A DNA stretch of 64,000 nucleotides from a virus (taxonomy: Duplodnaviria; Caudoviricetes). The stretch is taken from IMG/VR virus record IMGVR_UViG_3300028048_002144, one strand, 5' to 3'. Below the pieces are notes generated by a model that did no database searches, was not told where the DNA came from, and saw nothing but the letters and a program-made list of their open reading frames with translations. The translations under genes were made by a program, and so were the position numbers. Positions 31,249-41,044 of the stretch are shown here, piece by piece. Numbering within the stretch: the first letter of the stretch is position 1; every line of letters begins with the position of its first letter.

Positions 31249-32331
31249 TTAACTAAGTTCTTTTAAGTATTTTCTCATTCCAGCAGACTCAAACTGAAAT
31301 ACGTTCTTTGTTCTTCCTTTAGCATAGATATTTTCGTATACCTCTTCAGCGGAATGGCCAAATCTATCCGTGCCTTCAACTGGGAAATCTTTCTCAATAT
31401 CAATATCTTCACCATAACGTTCGCTAATCATTCTGATAGCATCCGTCATTATTGATAAGTTATTAAGTCCTAGAAAATCCATTTTTAAAAGGCCATTTTC
31501 TTCAGATTCAATCTTATCTGTTTCTACTACTCTTTTATTAGAAACTATTGTTGTAGACGTATAATTAGTAATATCGTTATCATCATAGATAATAATACCA
31601 GCTGCATGCTGTCCATACTGTCTTAGCATTCCCTCAATATTATATGCAATGTCCAGGATCTTTATTGCATTTTCGTTAGCAGAAAAATCAGATTTCAAAC
31701 TTTCAATCAAAGTAGTTTTATTATCATCAATCTCTGAATCAAAAGCCCAGAAATTATCGGTAATCTTTTTACAGATTTCATCAGCTAACGCATAATATGC
31801 ACCAGGAGATCCAACAAGTTCACCATAATATCGAGCAGCATCTTTTACGGAAGACTTTGGCTTTAAATATGATTTAGTGATAATTCCTGCTACTGCATCG
31901 TTTCCATATTTATTCTTAACATAAAGAATAACTTTGTTTCTTACATTTGGAGAAAAATCACAGTCCAAATCGGGCATAGATACTCTTTCTACGTTCAAAA
32001 ATCTTTCGAACAATAGATTATATTTGAGTGGATCAAGTCCAGTAATTCCAAGTAAATATACTACTAACGAACCAGCTCCAGATCCTCTTCCTACTCCAGT
32101 ACCCTGTCCTATTTTGAAATTATGCTCTTTTACATATTTCTTTGCTTCTTCGATAGTTAATGGTACTTCGTCTAATAGTTCATCTGGAACTACTCCGATA
32201 ACTCTACCATATTCAATGAAATCTTTTACGATTAAGAAATAATCGTTATATCCCATTTCATTGATAACGCTTAATTCGTATTCTACTCGTTCCTTGTGGG
32301 CTTTTGTCCAACCAGATAATCCTGGGTATTT
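31249..32331 (-). CDS. dnaE: DNA polymerase III alpha, palm/thumb fragment (continues the PHP ORF in the -1 frame)
   Basis: ERVEYELSVINEMGYNDYFLIV, GRGSGAGS, LLFERFLN.ER.SMPDLDCDF, HAAG, LLKMDFLGL, FQFES. Confidence 0.9.
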   Translation of the reverse strand, partial: KYPGLSGWTKAHKERVEYELSVINEMGYNDYFLIVKDFIEYGRVIGVVPDELLDEVPLTIEEAKKYVKEHNFKIGQGTGVGRGSGAGSLVVYLLGITGLDPLKYNLLFERFLNVERVSMPDLDCDFSPNVRNKVILYVKNKYGNDAVAGIITKSYLKPKSSVKDAARYYGELVGSPGAYYALADEICKKITDNFWAFDSEIDDNKTTLIESLKSDFSANENAIKILDIAYNIEGMLRQYGQHAAGIIIYDDNDITNYTSTTIVSNKRVVETDKIESEENGLLKMDFLGLNNLSIMTDAIRMISERYGEDIDIEKDFPVEGTDRFGHSAEEVYENIYAKGRTKNVFQFESAGMRKYLKELS

Positions 32332-33761
32332 TTCTTTATACCTTCTATAACCGCCTTTTTAAGAAGCATTTTGCTGTCTTTTGTTTTATCGAATACTGGA
32401 TAATGTCCCTCTCTCTCTGGAGTGAATTCGATTTTAATCTTATTTAGATTAAGCATAGCTTCTTTTACAGTTTCTGCATCAAAGATCTGCAATAATGCAT
32501 ATGCTAGTTCATTTGGTGACTTGATATAAAGTTCCTTATCCCACGGTTCGTCCGAAATGCGCTCAAATCGGAGATATCTGGCTACAGAGCGTTTAGTAAT
32601 AGATGAAACGGAATTATCCGGCAAATGGCTATCATTTGCGGCAATTAGAGGTATCTTATTATCTTTAGCAATCTTTACTAATGCTGTATAAAGAGTTTCC
32701 TCTTCTACCATACCATGATTCTGAATTTCAATGAAGAAATTATCTTTGCCTACTCTATCTCTTACTAATGCAATAATTCTAGTGGCAGCTTCAAAAGCTT
32801 CTTTTTCTGAAAACAAAATATGCTGTTTTTCAATACTGATTCTTATTGATTCATTTTTGCTGTATTTCTTTTCTAGTTCATCAAGTTCAGCTTTAAATTT
32901 TTTCTTATTCAGATTAGCCTCTTTGATAGCATCTTTGTTTTCTCCAAGTCTTTTATCCTTAGATACTTTTAAGTCCTCTTTTGAGGCTTTTAATAGCTTT
33001 ATTTCATTTTCGTCTTTTTTAGCTTTTGCATTTCTTAAATCGTTTGAAATGTCTGTATTCAATTTACAATACTCTTCTTTAAGAGTATTCTCTTTTTCTT
33101 TTAAATTTTCTATCAAAACATCCATCTGTTTAATAGAGTCATTTAAAGAACTTACCTTCTCACTAATTGAAGGATCATAATTATCCTTATTTGCATTATA
33201 GACTTTGTTAAGGCTACAATATCTTCTTAACTGAAGTGATGGCAAACCTTGAATACAAGCTGTTGTTATTACAACGGAATCGTTGAACTCTGTTGCTAAC
33301 AAATCTTCGAACTTAATTGCCGGTTTCCCTGCATGCATTGCTTCGCTTTTAGACACCAGTTTATCTATGATTCTTTTTCCCTGCTTATTTTTAGCAAGCA
33401 TTATCATATGTGCTACTGCTGTCTGCGCATCATACGGTGGACAAGTGACATATGCTTCTGTACCGTAAATAATATGCACGTTTTCTTTCTTCGCAGCTTT
33501 TAAGCACTGGAACATTGACGTAAATGAACCATGCTCTGTTACTGTGAAATATTCATAGCCTTTTTCTTTAGCTTTACGCACATATTTACTCGGTTCATCT
33601 ACAGCATCATTTACAGAACCACCTGGGTGATTATGCAAAGATACTTTTACCTCAGAATTAAAATCAATCCCTGTTTTTGTTTTTACAATCTCATTGATCT
33701 TTCCTTCTGGAAGATTAAAATATTTCGCTTTGTCTTCTGTATAATTTTTATACTCTAACAT
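32283..33761 (-). CDS. dnaE: DNA polymerase III alpha, PHP domain with coiled-coil insert
   Basis: LHNH, TEHG, GTEAY, HMIMLAKN, EIQNH, ANDSH. Confidence 0.9.
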   Translation of the reverse strand: MLEYKNYTEDKAKYFNLPEGKINEIVKTKTGIDFNSEVKVSLHNHPGGSVNDAVDEPSKYVRKAKEKGYEYFTVTEHGSFTSMFQCLKAAKKENVHIIYGTEAYVTCPPYDAQTAVAHMIMLAKNKQGKRIIDKLVSKSEAMHAGKPAIKFEDLLATEFNDSVVITTACIQGLPSLQLRRYCSLNKVYNANKDNYDPSISEKVSSLNDSIKQMDVLIENLKEKENTLKEEYCKLNTDISNDLRNAKAKKDENEIKLLKASKEDLKVSKDKRLGENKDAIKEANLNKKKFKAELDELEKKYSKNESIRISIEKQHILFSEKEAFEAATRIIALVRDRVGKDNFFIEIQNHGMVEEETLYTALVKIAKDNKIPLIAANDSHLPDNSVSSITKRSVARYLRFERISDEPWDKELYIKSPNELAYALLQIFDAETVKEAMLNLNKIKIEFTPEREGHYPVFDKTKDSKMLLKKAVIEGIKKNTQDYLVGQKPTRNE

Positions 33762-33852
33762 GAAGCTCTCCTTTCTTTTCTTAAAAATCTAATATTAATA
33801 TGAATGATTTTTATAAAAGAAAACCTACTGTGGTTAACAGTAGGTATCTAAA

Positions 33853-34065
33853 TTATTTTTTATTGTTTCTTCTTGGATCAAAAATTCCCGTTCTTGAAAA
33901 CGTTGCATTCTTCATATCATCTGGTTCAACTCCACCAATTTTGCTATACGAAGAATTCTTTTTTCGTACTTCTTGAGATAGCATTGGTATATCTGGATTT
34001 TTAACCGGATATTCCATGTTATTTGTGTTAAATTGAGATGCTCCTCCAAAAATATTATCAAACAT
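33853..34065 (-). CDS. hypothetical protein
   Basis: Short ORF with RBS before a terminator. Confidence 0.5.
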   Translation of the reverse strand: MFDNIFGGASQFNTNNMEYPVKNPDIPMLSQEVRKKNSSYSKIGGVEPDDMKNATFSRTGIFDPRRNNKK

Positions 34066-34085
34066 TTTCCTGTTCCTTTCTATTA

Positions 34086-35501
34086 CTATTTCACATTAAT
34101 AGCTGTTATTACTGAACATCCGTATTTCTGTTCTTTTTTAGCAGTCCATATATCAATTTCTGACGGTGTTTTTAAGTTATCTATTTCTTTTAATTCGTTC
34201 TGGATACCGTTTCTATCCGCAGATATAATAGCTACAAAAACAGCTTCTAACATATCTCTGGATATATTTTTTGCACGTTCTAAACGTCTACAATTCTCTT
34301 TATTCTTAAAGCAATCCATTTCTTGTGCTTTTACAAATATCTGTTCAATTCTTTTCTCATCTGTTTTACTGATATTATTGGTTTTATCTTTTTTAATATC
34401 TTCCAGGATAAAATTTTTAGCATCTTCGTTATTCAAGATAATAATTTTATTCTTTCCAGATTTTTTGGCTTTATACAAAATATCATCTGCTCTTTTAATA
34501 AAAGTATGAATATCTTCATTGGCTGCATATTTTGTAACACCACCAGAAAAAGTGATTCTATCCTGTACGTCTGGATAAGAACTATTTCTAAAGATACTAT
34601 GAATTCGGTCTAATACTGTAACTATTTCATTTTCTTTTTTATTCAAGAAAATAATACCGAACTCTTCTCCACCATATCTTGTTGGAATAATCTCTTCCGA
34701 AGATTCATTATTCAAGATCTGACCTAAATGCTTTAGAACTTCATTTCCCTTTTCATGTCCGTATTCATCATTTACTTTCTTAAAATCATCAATATCTAGT
34801 ATTGCGAAATAAATCTCTGTTTTATTTTTTATTTCTTCTGTTATTTTCATTTCCATAAAAGCATGATTGTATACATTTGTCAGTTCATCTTGAATTGATT
34901 TTTTGTACCATATAGTCGCTTTTTGTTCTTTCGCTATTATGAACTTTTCTTTTTCTTTTTCATGTTTGATCATAATGTTAGTCAATACATATCCTAATAA
35001 GAATATTGCAAAAGTAATTAACACATTATGATTAAAATTTTTAGGTAATGGAGTTATAGATATTTCTGCAGTTACTATCAATATTGTTAAGATGCTTAAT
35101 ATGATATGGAAAATGTTTTTCGTTATTACTAGATTTCCATATATAATTGATACGAATAATGGTACTACAAATAACAAATACAATGCCGAAAACATATAAT
35201 GTAGATAAACTATATTTGTAATAATTACAATTAGCTCTATTAAAGGTAAGGCATTCTTTATTTCGTTTGTTATTGTCTTTTGTGCTATTAGCATTCTTGT
35301 AAATATATGCATCGTTAAATTTATTGATGTAGGGAATATAACTCCACCCCATACATTTCTTTTGACATCCAAATATTTTGCGAATACTACAAAAAATAGA
35401 ATTTCAAATATACATTGCAAGACGATGTTGATGAAATTCATTTTAAGTAGGTCGTTTCGCCAATTAGTAAGGATATCTTCATAGTTTTGTTTTGTTTTCA
35501 T
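34086..35501 (-). CDS. membrane-bound diguanylate cyclase (GGDEF)
   Basis: About 5 TM segments; DELT.VYN, DIDDFK.VND.YGH..G, RYGGEEF, RADDILYKAK..GKN. Confidence 0.9.
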   Translation of the reverse strand: MKTKQNYEDILTNWRNDLLKMNFINIVLQCIFEILFFVVFAKYLDVKRNVWGGVIFPTSINLTMHIFTRMLIAQKTITNEIKNALPLIELIVIITNIVYLHYMFSALYLLFVVPLFVSIIYGNLVITKNIFHIILSILTILIVTAEISITPLPKNFNHNVLITFAIFLLGYVLTNIMIKHEKEKEKFIIAKEQKATIWYKKSIQDELTNVYNHAFMEMKITEEIKNKTEIYFAILDIDDFKKVNDEYGHEKGNEVLKHLGQILNNESSEEIIPTRYGGEEFGIIFLNKKENEIVTVLDRIHSIFRNSSYPDVQDRITFSGGVTKYAANEDIHTFIKRADDILYKAKKSGKNKIIILNNEDAKNFILEDIKKDKTNNISKTDEKRIEQIFVKAQEMDCFKNKENCRRLERAKNISRDMLEAVFVAIISADRNGIQNELKEIDNLKTPSEIDIWTAKKEQKYGCSVITAINVK

Positions 35502-35609
35502 AAAAATAATCCTATTAAAAATAATCAACGTATCAATATTAATATGACTGATTGAGAAAACAAAAAAGCCTTACTAGCATATCGCTAGTAAGACTTTGTA
35601 AAAGGAGGG

Positions 35610-35738
35610 CTACTTTTCTTCCTGATCCTCGCTCATGTAATGAACCATATCCAGGAAAAGTGAGATTGCTCCTGCATTCTTTTCGTTAACTTCAATTGAT
35701 CTCTTCTTGTTAACTTCGTTTTCGTTCTGCTTTGCCAT
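35610..35738 (-). CDS. 42-aa small protein (not in ORF track)
   Basis: MAKQNENEVNKKRSIEVNEKNAGAISLFLDMVHYMSEDQEEK, with AAAGGAG RBS, leader and terminator. Confidence 0.65.
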   Translation of the reverse strand: MAKQNENEVNKKRSIEVNEKNAGAISLFLDMVHYMSEDQEEK

Positions 35739-35840
35739 AATAGGCTCCTTTCTTCTTCCTGCTTGGCAGGAGCTACAAGCAGGGATTCTAACTCCTTGCT
35801 TTCAATTATTTTCTACATTATTTATATGACAGATTTTTTT
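35739..35840 (-). promoter_or_regulatory. two-hairpin leader (divergent copy)
   Basis: TCTGTCATAT, then TGAAAGCAAGGAG..CCCTGCTT and CCTGC..GCAGG. Confidence 0.5.
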
Positions 35841-35856
35841 ATCATTTTTTGAGGAA

Positions 35857-36558
35857 TTAAAATGTTACAGAATTTCTTTCTACAAACATCTTAGGAATCT
35901 TCTTTATCTTTTTAATTCCTTTCTTTTCTTGTAATCTGTTATACACTAAATTTGCTGTTACATCAGCTGCTCGAATCATCTTATTCTTTGCTTTGTTTGA
36001 TTTTAGATATAAGACTTCTACGCCATTTGCATGAGGAAACATCGGTGGGTAATGAACAGAAAAATCATTATTGTATGTACCACGAATAAAAATTTGTTCT
36101 AAGCTTTCTTTTATATCAGCTTTAGAATCAATACTTTCATCGTGGTCATCCATGTAAATATCTATCTGGTCTATCTCATTAGGATTTATTTTCTTCTCTT
36201 TTATTAACTGCGATAATGTTTTGATAATTGCTCTCTTATGAGCATAATTGAGATATCTTTGTTTATCTTTCTTATCCTTAAACAAATCTTTATTGATTTC
36301 TTTTAGAGTAAAGATAATAGAGTATTTATAGCATGAAATTTTATTAACAATATTGTTTTTCTTATCCATTGGTAGCATATAACCTTTTATTTCTCCACTA
36401 GGAATATCAACTCTTATATTCTGTTCTATCTGGTTATATGTATTCTTTAACTGACTATCCTGCTTATCTCCGAGAACGATTAACCCAGAAATAACAAAAT
36501 AATCATAATGATTCCTATCAAATGTTCCCGATTCATCCGAATAAATTTTTATCTTCAT
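35857..36558 (-). CDS. DUF3800 family protein
   Basis: IYSDESG..FVISG, EIKG, IRAADVTAN. Confidence 0.75.
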   Translation of the reverse strand: MKIKIYSDESGTFDRNHYDYFVISGLIVLGDKQDSQLKNTYNQIEQNIRVDIPSGEIKGYMLPMDKKNNIVNKISCYKYSIIFTLKEINKDLFKDKKDKQRYLNYAHKRAIIKTLSQLIKEKKINPNEIDQIDIYMDDHDESIDSKADIKESLEQIFIRGTYNNDFSVHYPPMFPHANGVEVLYLKSNKAKNKMIRAADVTANLVYNRLQEKKGIKKIKKIPKMFVERNSVTF

Positions 36559-36689
36559 ATATTGCCCCTTTCTTTTTAAAAAATCTATTAATAATATGAA
36601 TGATTTTTTATTTGATTTATATGAAAAATAAAACCCAGGAGTAATTCTCCTGGGTTTATGTAAACTATTTGCAAATCAATAATAATCTA

Positions 36690-37349
36690 TTAACTTGCCA
36701 TTCTGATTTCCTTTGTAACTGCGTCAAATACGTATACATGATCAGACAACTGTTCTTCTGGTGCAACCTGTCCAGCATTTACTTCCTGAACCATTGCAGT
36801 CATATCTTTTGGATCCTTATCCTTTACGCTGATTGCAATTACTTCATGAATAGATGAAGGAAGGATAAAGAGATCAGAGCCTACCTTCTCTGCAAGTTCT
36901 GAAAGAACATCCTTTGAGAATCCATTAATTGCTCCATTCACCCTTGATTCATTTGAGATTACATACATCATATTCTCTGGAGCGTCTTCTGGGAATGCTG
37001 CCTCAAGCATTTCAGAAGGTAAATCACTCATCATTTCTCTCATAACTTCATTCATAGTCTGTACAGTTACAGGCATCTGTTCAGCCATATTCTTCATTGC
37101 TGATTCGTGAAGTTCTTCCAAAGTAATGTTCCACATAAGCATATGCTCATTTCTAATGGTAATTGTCATAACACCATCAGATTCTTTCTTAATCAATACC
37201 TTATAGATAATAGAAAGATCTTCCATGTCTGTGTGTGGAACGTTTTCCAGCAGACTCTCATTGCGCTTTGTGTTGATGATTGCAGCAACAACATGGTCCT
37301 TTACATAATCTGCATCAGCATAAGTTACAAATTCATCCATACTAAACAT
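36690..37349 (-). CDS. DUF5688-like protein
   Basis: DLSIIY, MYVISN..NGA, LFILPSSIHEVI, MVQEVN..LSDHVY. Confidence 0.75.
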   Translation of the reverse strand: MFSMDEFVTYADADYVKDHVVAAIINTKRNESLLENVPHTDMEDLSIIYKVLIKKESDGVMTITIRNEHMLMWNITLEELHESAMKNMAEQMPVTVQTMNEVMREMMSDLPSEMLEAAFPEDAPENMMYVISNESRVNGAINGFSKDVLSELAEKVGSDLFILPSSIHEVIAISVKDKDPKDMTAMVQEVNAGQVAPEEQLSDHVYVFDAVTKEIRMAS

Positions 37350-37468
37350 AGTTTTATTCTCCTTTCAATCTATGAAAACTACATCTTAAATATGAAAGAT
37401 TTTTAGAAAAAAAATTAAAAAAATAAAGCCAGAAAAAATCTGGCTTTATATATTAAAATTAAAACAAA

Positions 37469-37861
37469 CTATGGGAGAATAGAATTAATAAGATTAAATG
37501 CGTCAAGAAATTCTTCATTAGTAGCTCCTAGACAAGAATTATGAATAGCCAAAAGCTTTTCTTTGTATACTTTCTCTGCTTGATCATATCCATTATCATA
37601 CAACTCTTTAATTCTCGTTAAAGATGCACGGAAATAAAGCTTATCTGAAATATAATCAATATATGGTTTAGTTTCTTCTAAAATATCAATAATTTGATCC
37701 ATTGTATATTTGAGTTTTTCGTGTCTTCTATCATCAAGATAGAAAACATCTATACAAAACTCTTCCATTTTTTCTGTTAATGGATGCTGTTTTTGATTAA
37801 CCCCCTGGATACAATTATACAAATCATGTCCTATTAGATTTATTAGTTCTGTGTTTTCCAT
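37469..37861 (-). CDS. hypothetical protein
   Basis: Operon gene with RBS. Confidence 0.6.
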   Translation of the reverse strand: MENTELINLIGHDLYNCIQGVNQKQHPLTEKMEEFCIDVFYLDDRRHEKLKYTMDQIIDILEETKPYIDYISDKLYFRASLTRIKELYDNGYDQAEKVYKEKLLAIHNSCLGATNEEFLDAFNLINSILP

Positions 37862-37870
37862 TAGTATCTC

Positions 37871-38050
37871 CTAATTATTGTCATCATCATATTCAACTTC
37901 TGTTATTTCTACATATTCTGAAGACTCGTCTAAGTCAAAATCTCTTTTATCTACAAATGCCTTCGCTTCTTCATATGTAGGGAATGTGCCTATTTGCTCT
38001 TGAAAATTATGATATTTATTGAATATATCTACTGCATATTTTGTTTTCAT
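37871..38050 (-). CDS. hypothetical protein
   Basis: Start moved to MKTKY after GGAGG. Confidence 0.55.
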   Translation of the reverse strand: MKTKYAVDIFNKYHNFQEQIGTFPTYEEAKAFVDKRDFDLDESSEYVEITEVEYDDDNN

Positions 38051-38060
38051 AGCATTCCTC

Positions 38061-38978
38061 CTATGCAAAAGACAGTTCTTTAACTGATACTGTTTTAGTA
38101 AGACGTTTAGCTATATTTTTTACCTTTTCTTTGTCAAATTCTACAAGAATAGCTTTTCTTTTTGTTTCTATAGCAGCTTCACCAGTAACACCAGATCCGG
38201 CAAAAGGATCTAAGATTATTTCATTTTCATTTGTAAGAAATTCAATAATCTGTTTATATAATTCTACTGGTTTTTCCGAACAAGATATTCGCTCTTTTTT
38301 AGGAACTGCCTGTACATCGAAACAAGTTGGTAGCATTCCTTTTGCTCCACTCATAAAACGTGTAGGATTTCCATTTTCATCTAATCCTCTCTGTTTATCT
38401 GGGCGTAAAGCTCTAGCTTTACCTTTAGAAAAGATCATAATATCTTCAGTATTCTTTGCACATCTTCCCGTATTAGATACAAAAGTGCCTTTCTTCCAAG
38501 GGATTTTTGCATAATACTCAAATCCACATTCCTTAGCCCAGGATTTAATCTGATACAAGTATTCAAAATTCGTAGCAGATTCTGGTGGTAATACTTCAAC
38601 TAAAAATGCTCCATCTTCTAAAACTCTTGCCTTTTCAATGAAATCTTCTTTTGTATATCTAAAAGTTTCATAGTCGGCAAAATTTCGATTTCCACCTTTA
38701 GTTGATTTCTTATCATCCCAAGGGTGATCGCATAATAGCAGCTGAATTGAATTATCCTTAATACTATCTAATTTTCTTCCGTTACCCTCAATCAGCAAAA
38801 CAGATTCATCTTCAGTAAGATAAAGACCTCTGCCTACTTTCTGAAACAAGATGCCTAGGTTTTCGTATATTCTTGCTCTTACAGATTCTGGGTTTGATTC
38901 TGGATTAACTTCATACGCTTCTTTTAAAGAAAATGATTTTCCCTTAAATACTTCTATAATATTGTTAACAATACTCAT
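38061..38978 (-). CDS. DNA amino-methyltransferase (N6-A/N4-C, beta order), orphan
   Basis: Motif IV DHPW before EKPVEL and motif I DPFAGSG. Confidence 0.85.
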   Translation of the reverse strand: MSIVNNIIEVFKGKSFSLKEAYEVNPESNPESVRARIYENLGILFQKVGRGLYLTEDESVLLIEGNGRKLDSIKDNSIQLLLCDHPWDDKKSTKGGNRNFADYETFRYTKEDFIEKARVLEDGAFLVEVLPPESATNFEYLYQIKSWAKECGFEYYAKIPWKKGTFVSNTGRCAKNTEDIMIFSKGKARALRPDKQRGLDENGNPTRFMSGAKGMLPTCFDVQAVPKKERISCSEKPVELYKQIIEFLTNENEIILDPFAGSGVTGEAAIETKRKAILVEFDKEKVKNIAKRLTKTVSVKELSFA

Positions 38979-39100
38979 TTTATCTCCTTTCATACTTAAA
39001 AAATCTACTTTAAATATGAATTATTTTTATAATAAAAAATACCCAGGAGCTATGCTCCTAGGTATTTATGTATTAATCGTTCGTTAATAAACGTTATTAT

Positions 39101-39475
39101 TTAGTTTTCGTCTCCGAACTTCATCTTTGCTCCACAATGACAATATGGAAATTCTTTTAAAAGGCTCATCTTTCCGTGATATTTACTACTTATTTCTCGT
39201 CCACATTCTGAACAATGATAAGTTTGAAATCCGACTGCCTGCACACCCTGGTAATCGTTAAGAATCCATTTACCTTCTTTACGCTCATCTAATTTCATTA
39301 AGGCATAATTCTCTTTGATTTTCTCAAGAATTTTACCCTGGCGATAAGCTGTGTTGAATTCTTTTACGAATGCTTCTAAATTCTTCTGTGAGATTTTGCA
39401 CATACCTAATCGGTCATACTTGGCACGAATAGTTCTTCCATCAAGTAATTCATATTCTTTAGTTTCCATTTTCAT
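39101..39475 (-). CDS. phage-type zinc-ribbon protein
   Basis: GKWI...YHCSECG...PYCHCGAKM. Confidence 0.65.
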   Translation of the reverse strand: MKMETKEYELLDGRTIRAKYDRLGMCKISQKNLEAFVKEFNTAYRQGKILEKIKENYALMKLDERKEGKWILNDYQGVQAVGFQTYHCSECGREISSKYHGKMSLLKEFPYCHCGAKMKFGDEN

Positions 39476-40298
39476 TCTCGCTTTCTGCTTTATATGGTTC
39501 AGGTTTTGGCATCCAAGCGGTTATATATTTTTCCGTTCTCTTTTCGAAAGGAAATACAGTGCCATATACAACAGTTGTTTCTCCAAATATTTGAGTAACA
39601 AGCACTTGTTGACCTTTTTCTGGCAACCTCTCACTACAAGGAATCCAGTTTCGTACAGGTATAACGGACGATAAACCTTCAATACGTTTTCTCAGCTCTG
39701 AATCTAATGTAACATCGCAACCATTACCAGTAGAATAGAATATCTGATCCATTACATCCTTTCTACTTACTGCATCATTGCAAGGTTCCGATTCTAACTT
39801 TCTTCCTAATTCATCAGCCTTACGCATATACCATTTTGTACGTTTTAGCCATTTGTTAAATTCTTCTTCATCCCCTAGTATTGTTTTAACAGCATTTTCG
39901 TCATCAAAATAATCTACTAAATTCTGATATCGTTCAATAGCTAGAGAATTGTCTTCCAGGGCTTCATCAAATCCTTTTGCGTATCCATTCTCATACTCAT
40001 TTGATACTAATTCTCTGTATTCCTTTTTAGTTAGTATCACTTCGTCTTTTTGAAGTTCTTGATCTAGTAGATGACATAACTCTAATGCTTCATCATGAGT
40101 CAATCTGTTATCCCAACATTTGTAATCACTTGCTAGTTTATAGATATGCTGTTTTGCATCTTGAAATTTTTCATAAGGTTTTTGATCTCGTTCTAAGACT
40201 TTAAGAATAATTTTATAATCATCTACATCAAGATATATCTCAGCATTATCTTTAGCTAATTCACTTTTTATGTACTTAACTATTTCTTCTTTCGTCAT
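39459..40298 (-). CDS. phage-type protein with C-terminal DUF551
   Basis: [23 protein letters not shown]. Confidence 0.75.
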   Translation of the reverse strand: MTKEEIVKYIKSELAKDNAEIYLDVDDYKIILKVLERDQKPYEKFQDAKQHIYKLASDYKCWDNRLTHDEALELCHLLDQELQKDEVILTKKEYRELVSNEYENGYAKGFDEALEDNSLAIERYQNLVDYFDDENAVKTILGDEEEFNKWLKRTKWYMRKADELGRKLESEPCNDAVSRKDVMDQIFYSTGNGCDVTLDSELRKRIEGLSSVIPVRNWIPCSERLPEKGQQVLVTQIFGETTVVYGTVFPFEKRTEKYITAWMPKPEPYKAESENENGN

Positions 40299-40300
40299 AT

Positions 40301-40660
40301 TTATCTCTCCAGGTCTTCTTCTATTTCTTCCTCTTCTACTTCTAGACCTTCAAATGGTCCCTTAGTATCAGCATTTCCAAATACAGAAGGAAGAGGTTCT
40401 GCTTTCTTATTCTTTTCAGCTTCTTCGAGTAGTTTATCTAGGATTTCTAAACAATGCTTATATGAGCATGCTTTTGCCTCTTTTTTCTCATCAACTTCTT
40501 TTATGCCACATTTACTAGATTCACTCCAAAACTTAACTTCGTTTTCGATTTCTTCTCTAGCCTGTTTAATTCGGTGTAATAAATGATTTTTACACTCACT
40601 TGTGCAACAGAATTCTTTATAACAATTTTCACAAAACTCTGTAGTATGCCATTTACTCAT
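40301..40660 (-). CDS. hypothetical protein with acidic tail
   Basis: Operon gene ending EEEEIEEDLER. Confidence 0.6.
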   Translation of the reverse strand: MSKWHTTEFCENCYKEFCCTSECKNHLLHRIKQAREEIENEVKFWSESSKCGIKEVDEKKEAKACSYKHCLEILDKLLEEAEKNKKAEPLPSVFGNADTKGPFEGLEVEEEEIEEDLER

Positions 40661-41021
40661 TATTCTTCACCTCTCTTTTATATGGTGAATTCCATACTTT
40701 TATTGGAATAAATACTTGCGGTTCATTATTATTAGAATAATCTTTATTAACTATCATATCATCTTGAGCAAGTGTTCCAAAATTTACGTTTGGAAACATA
40801 GTTTCAATCATTTTTCCGACTGTTATATCATCAGGGAGTATAGTTGCGTCTTCAAAAGCTTTTTCTAACATTTCTGCAGTTTCTCTTTCATAATTCCCGC
40901 ACATTGAAATATCATATTTCAAAGAGTGGTTAATATCGCATTTTACTCTCTCAAAAAAGTCATTGAATTTGTCCTGTAAATCTTTTGCAAATTCATCAGG
41001 GATATTAATACTTACGTTCAT
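40653..41021 (-). CDS. hypothetical protein
   Basis: Operon gene with RBS. Confidence 0.6.
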   Translation of the reverse strand: MNVSINIPDEFAKDLQDKFNDFFERVKCDINHSLKYDISMCGNYERETAEMLEKAFEDATILPDDITVGKMIETMFPNVNFGTLAQDDMIVNKDYSNNNEPQVFIPIKVWNSPYKREVKNNE

Positions 41022-41044
41022 TTTTATACCTCTACTTCTTACTC

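Noticed and set aside
27321-31249. Split intein or intron joining the DnaE halves
   Set aside because: No intein blocks at either fragment end, and the intergenic gaps hold only terminator/promoter modules.
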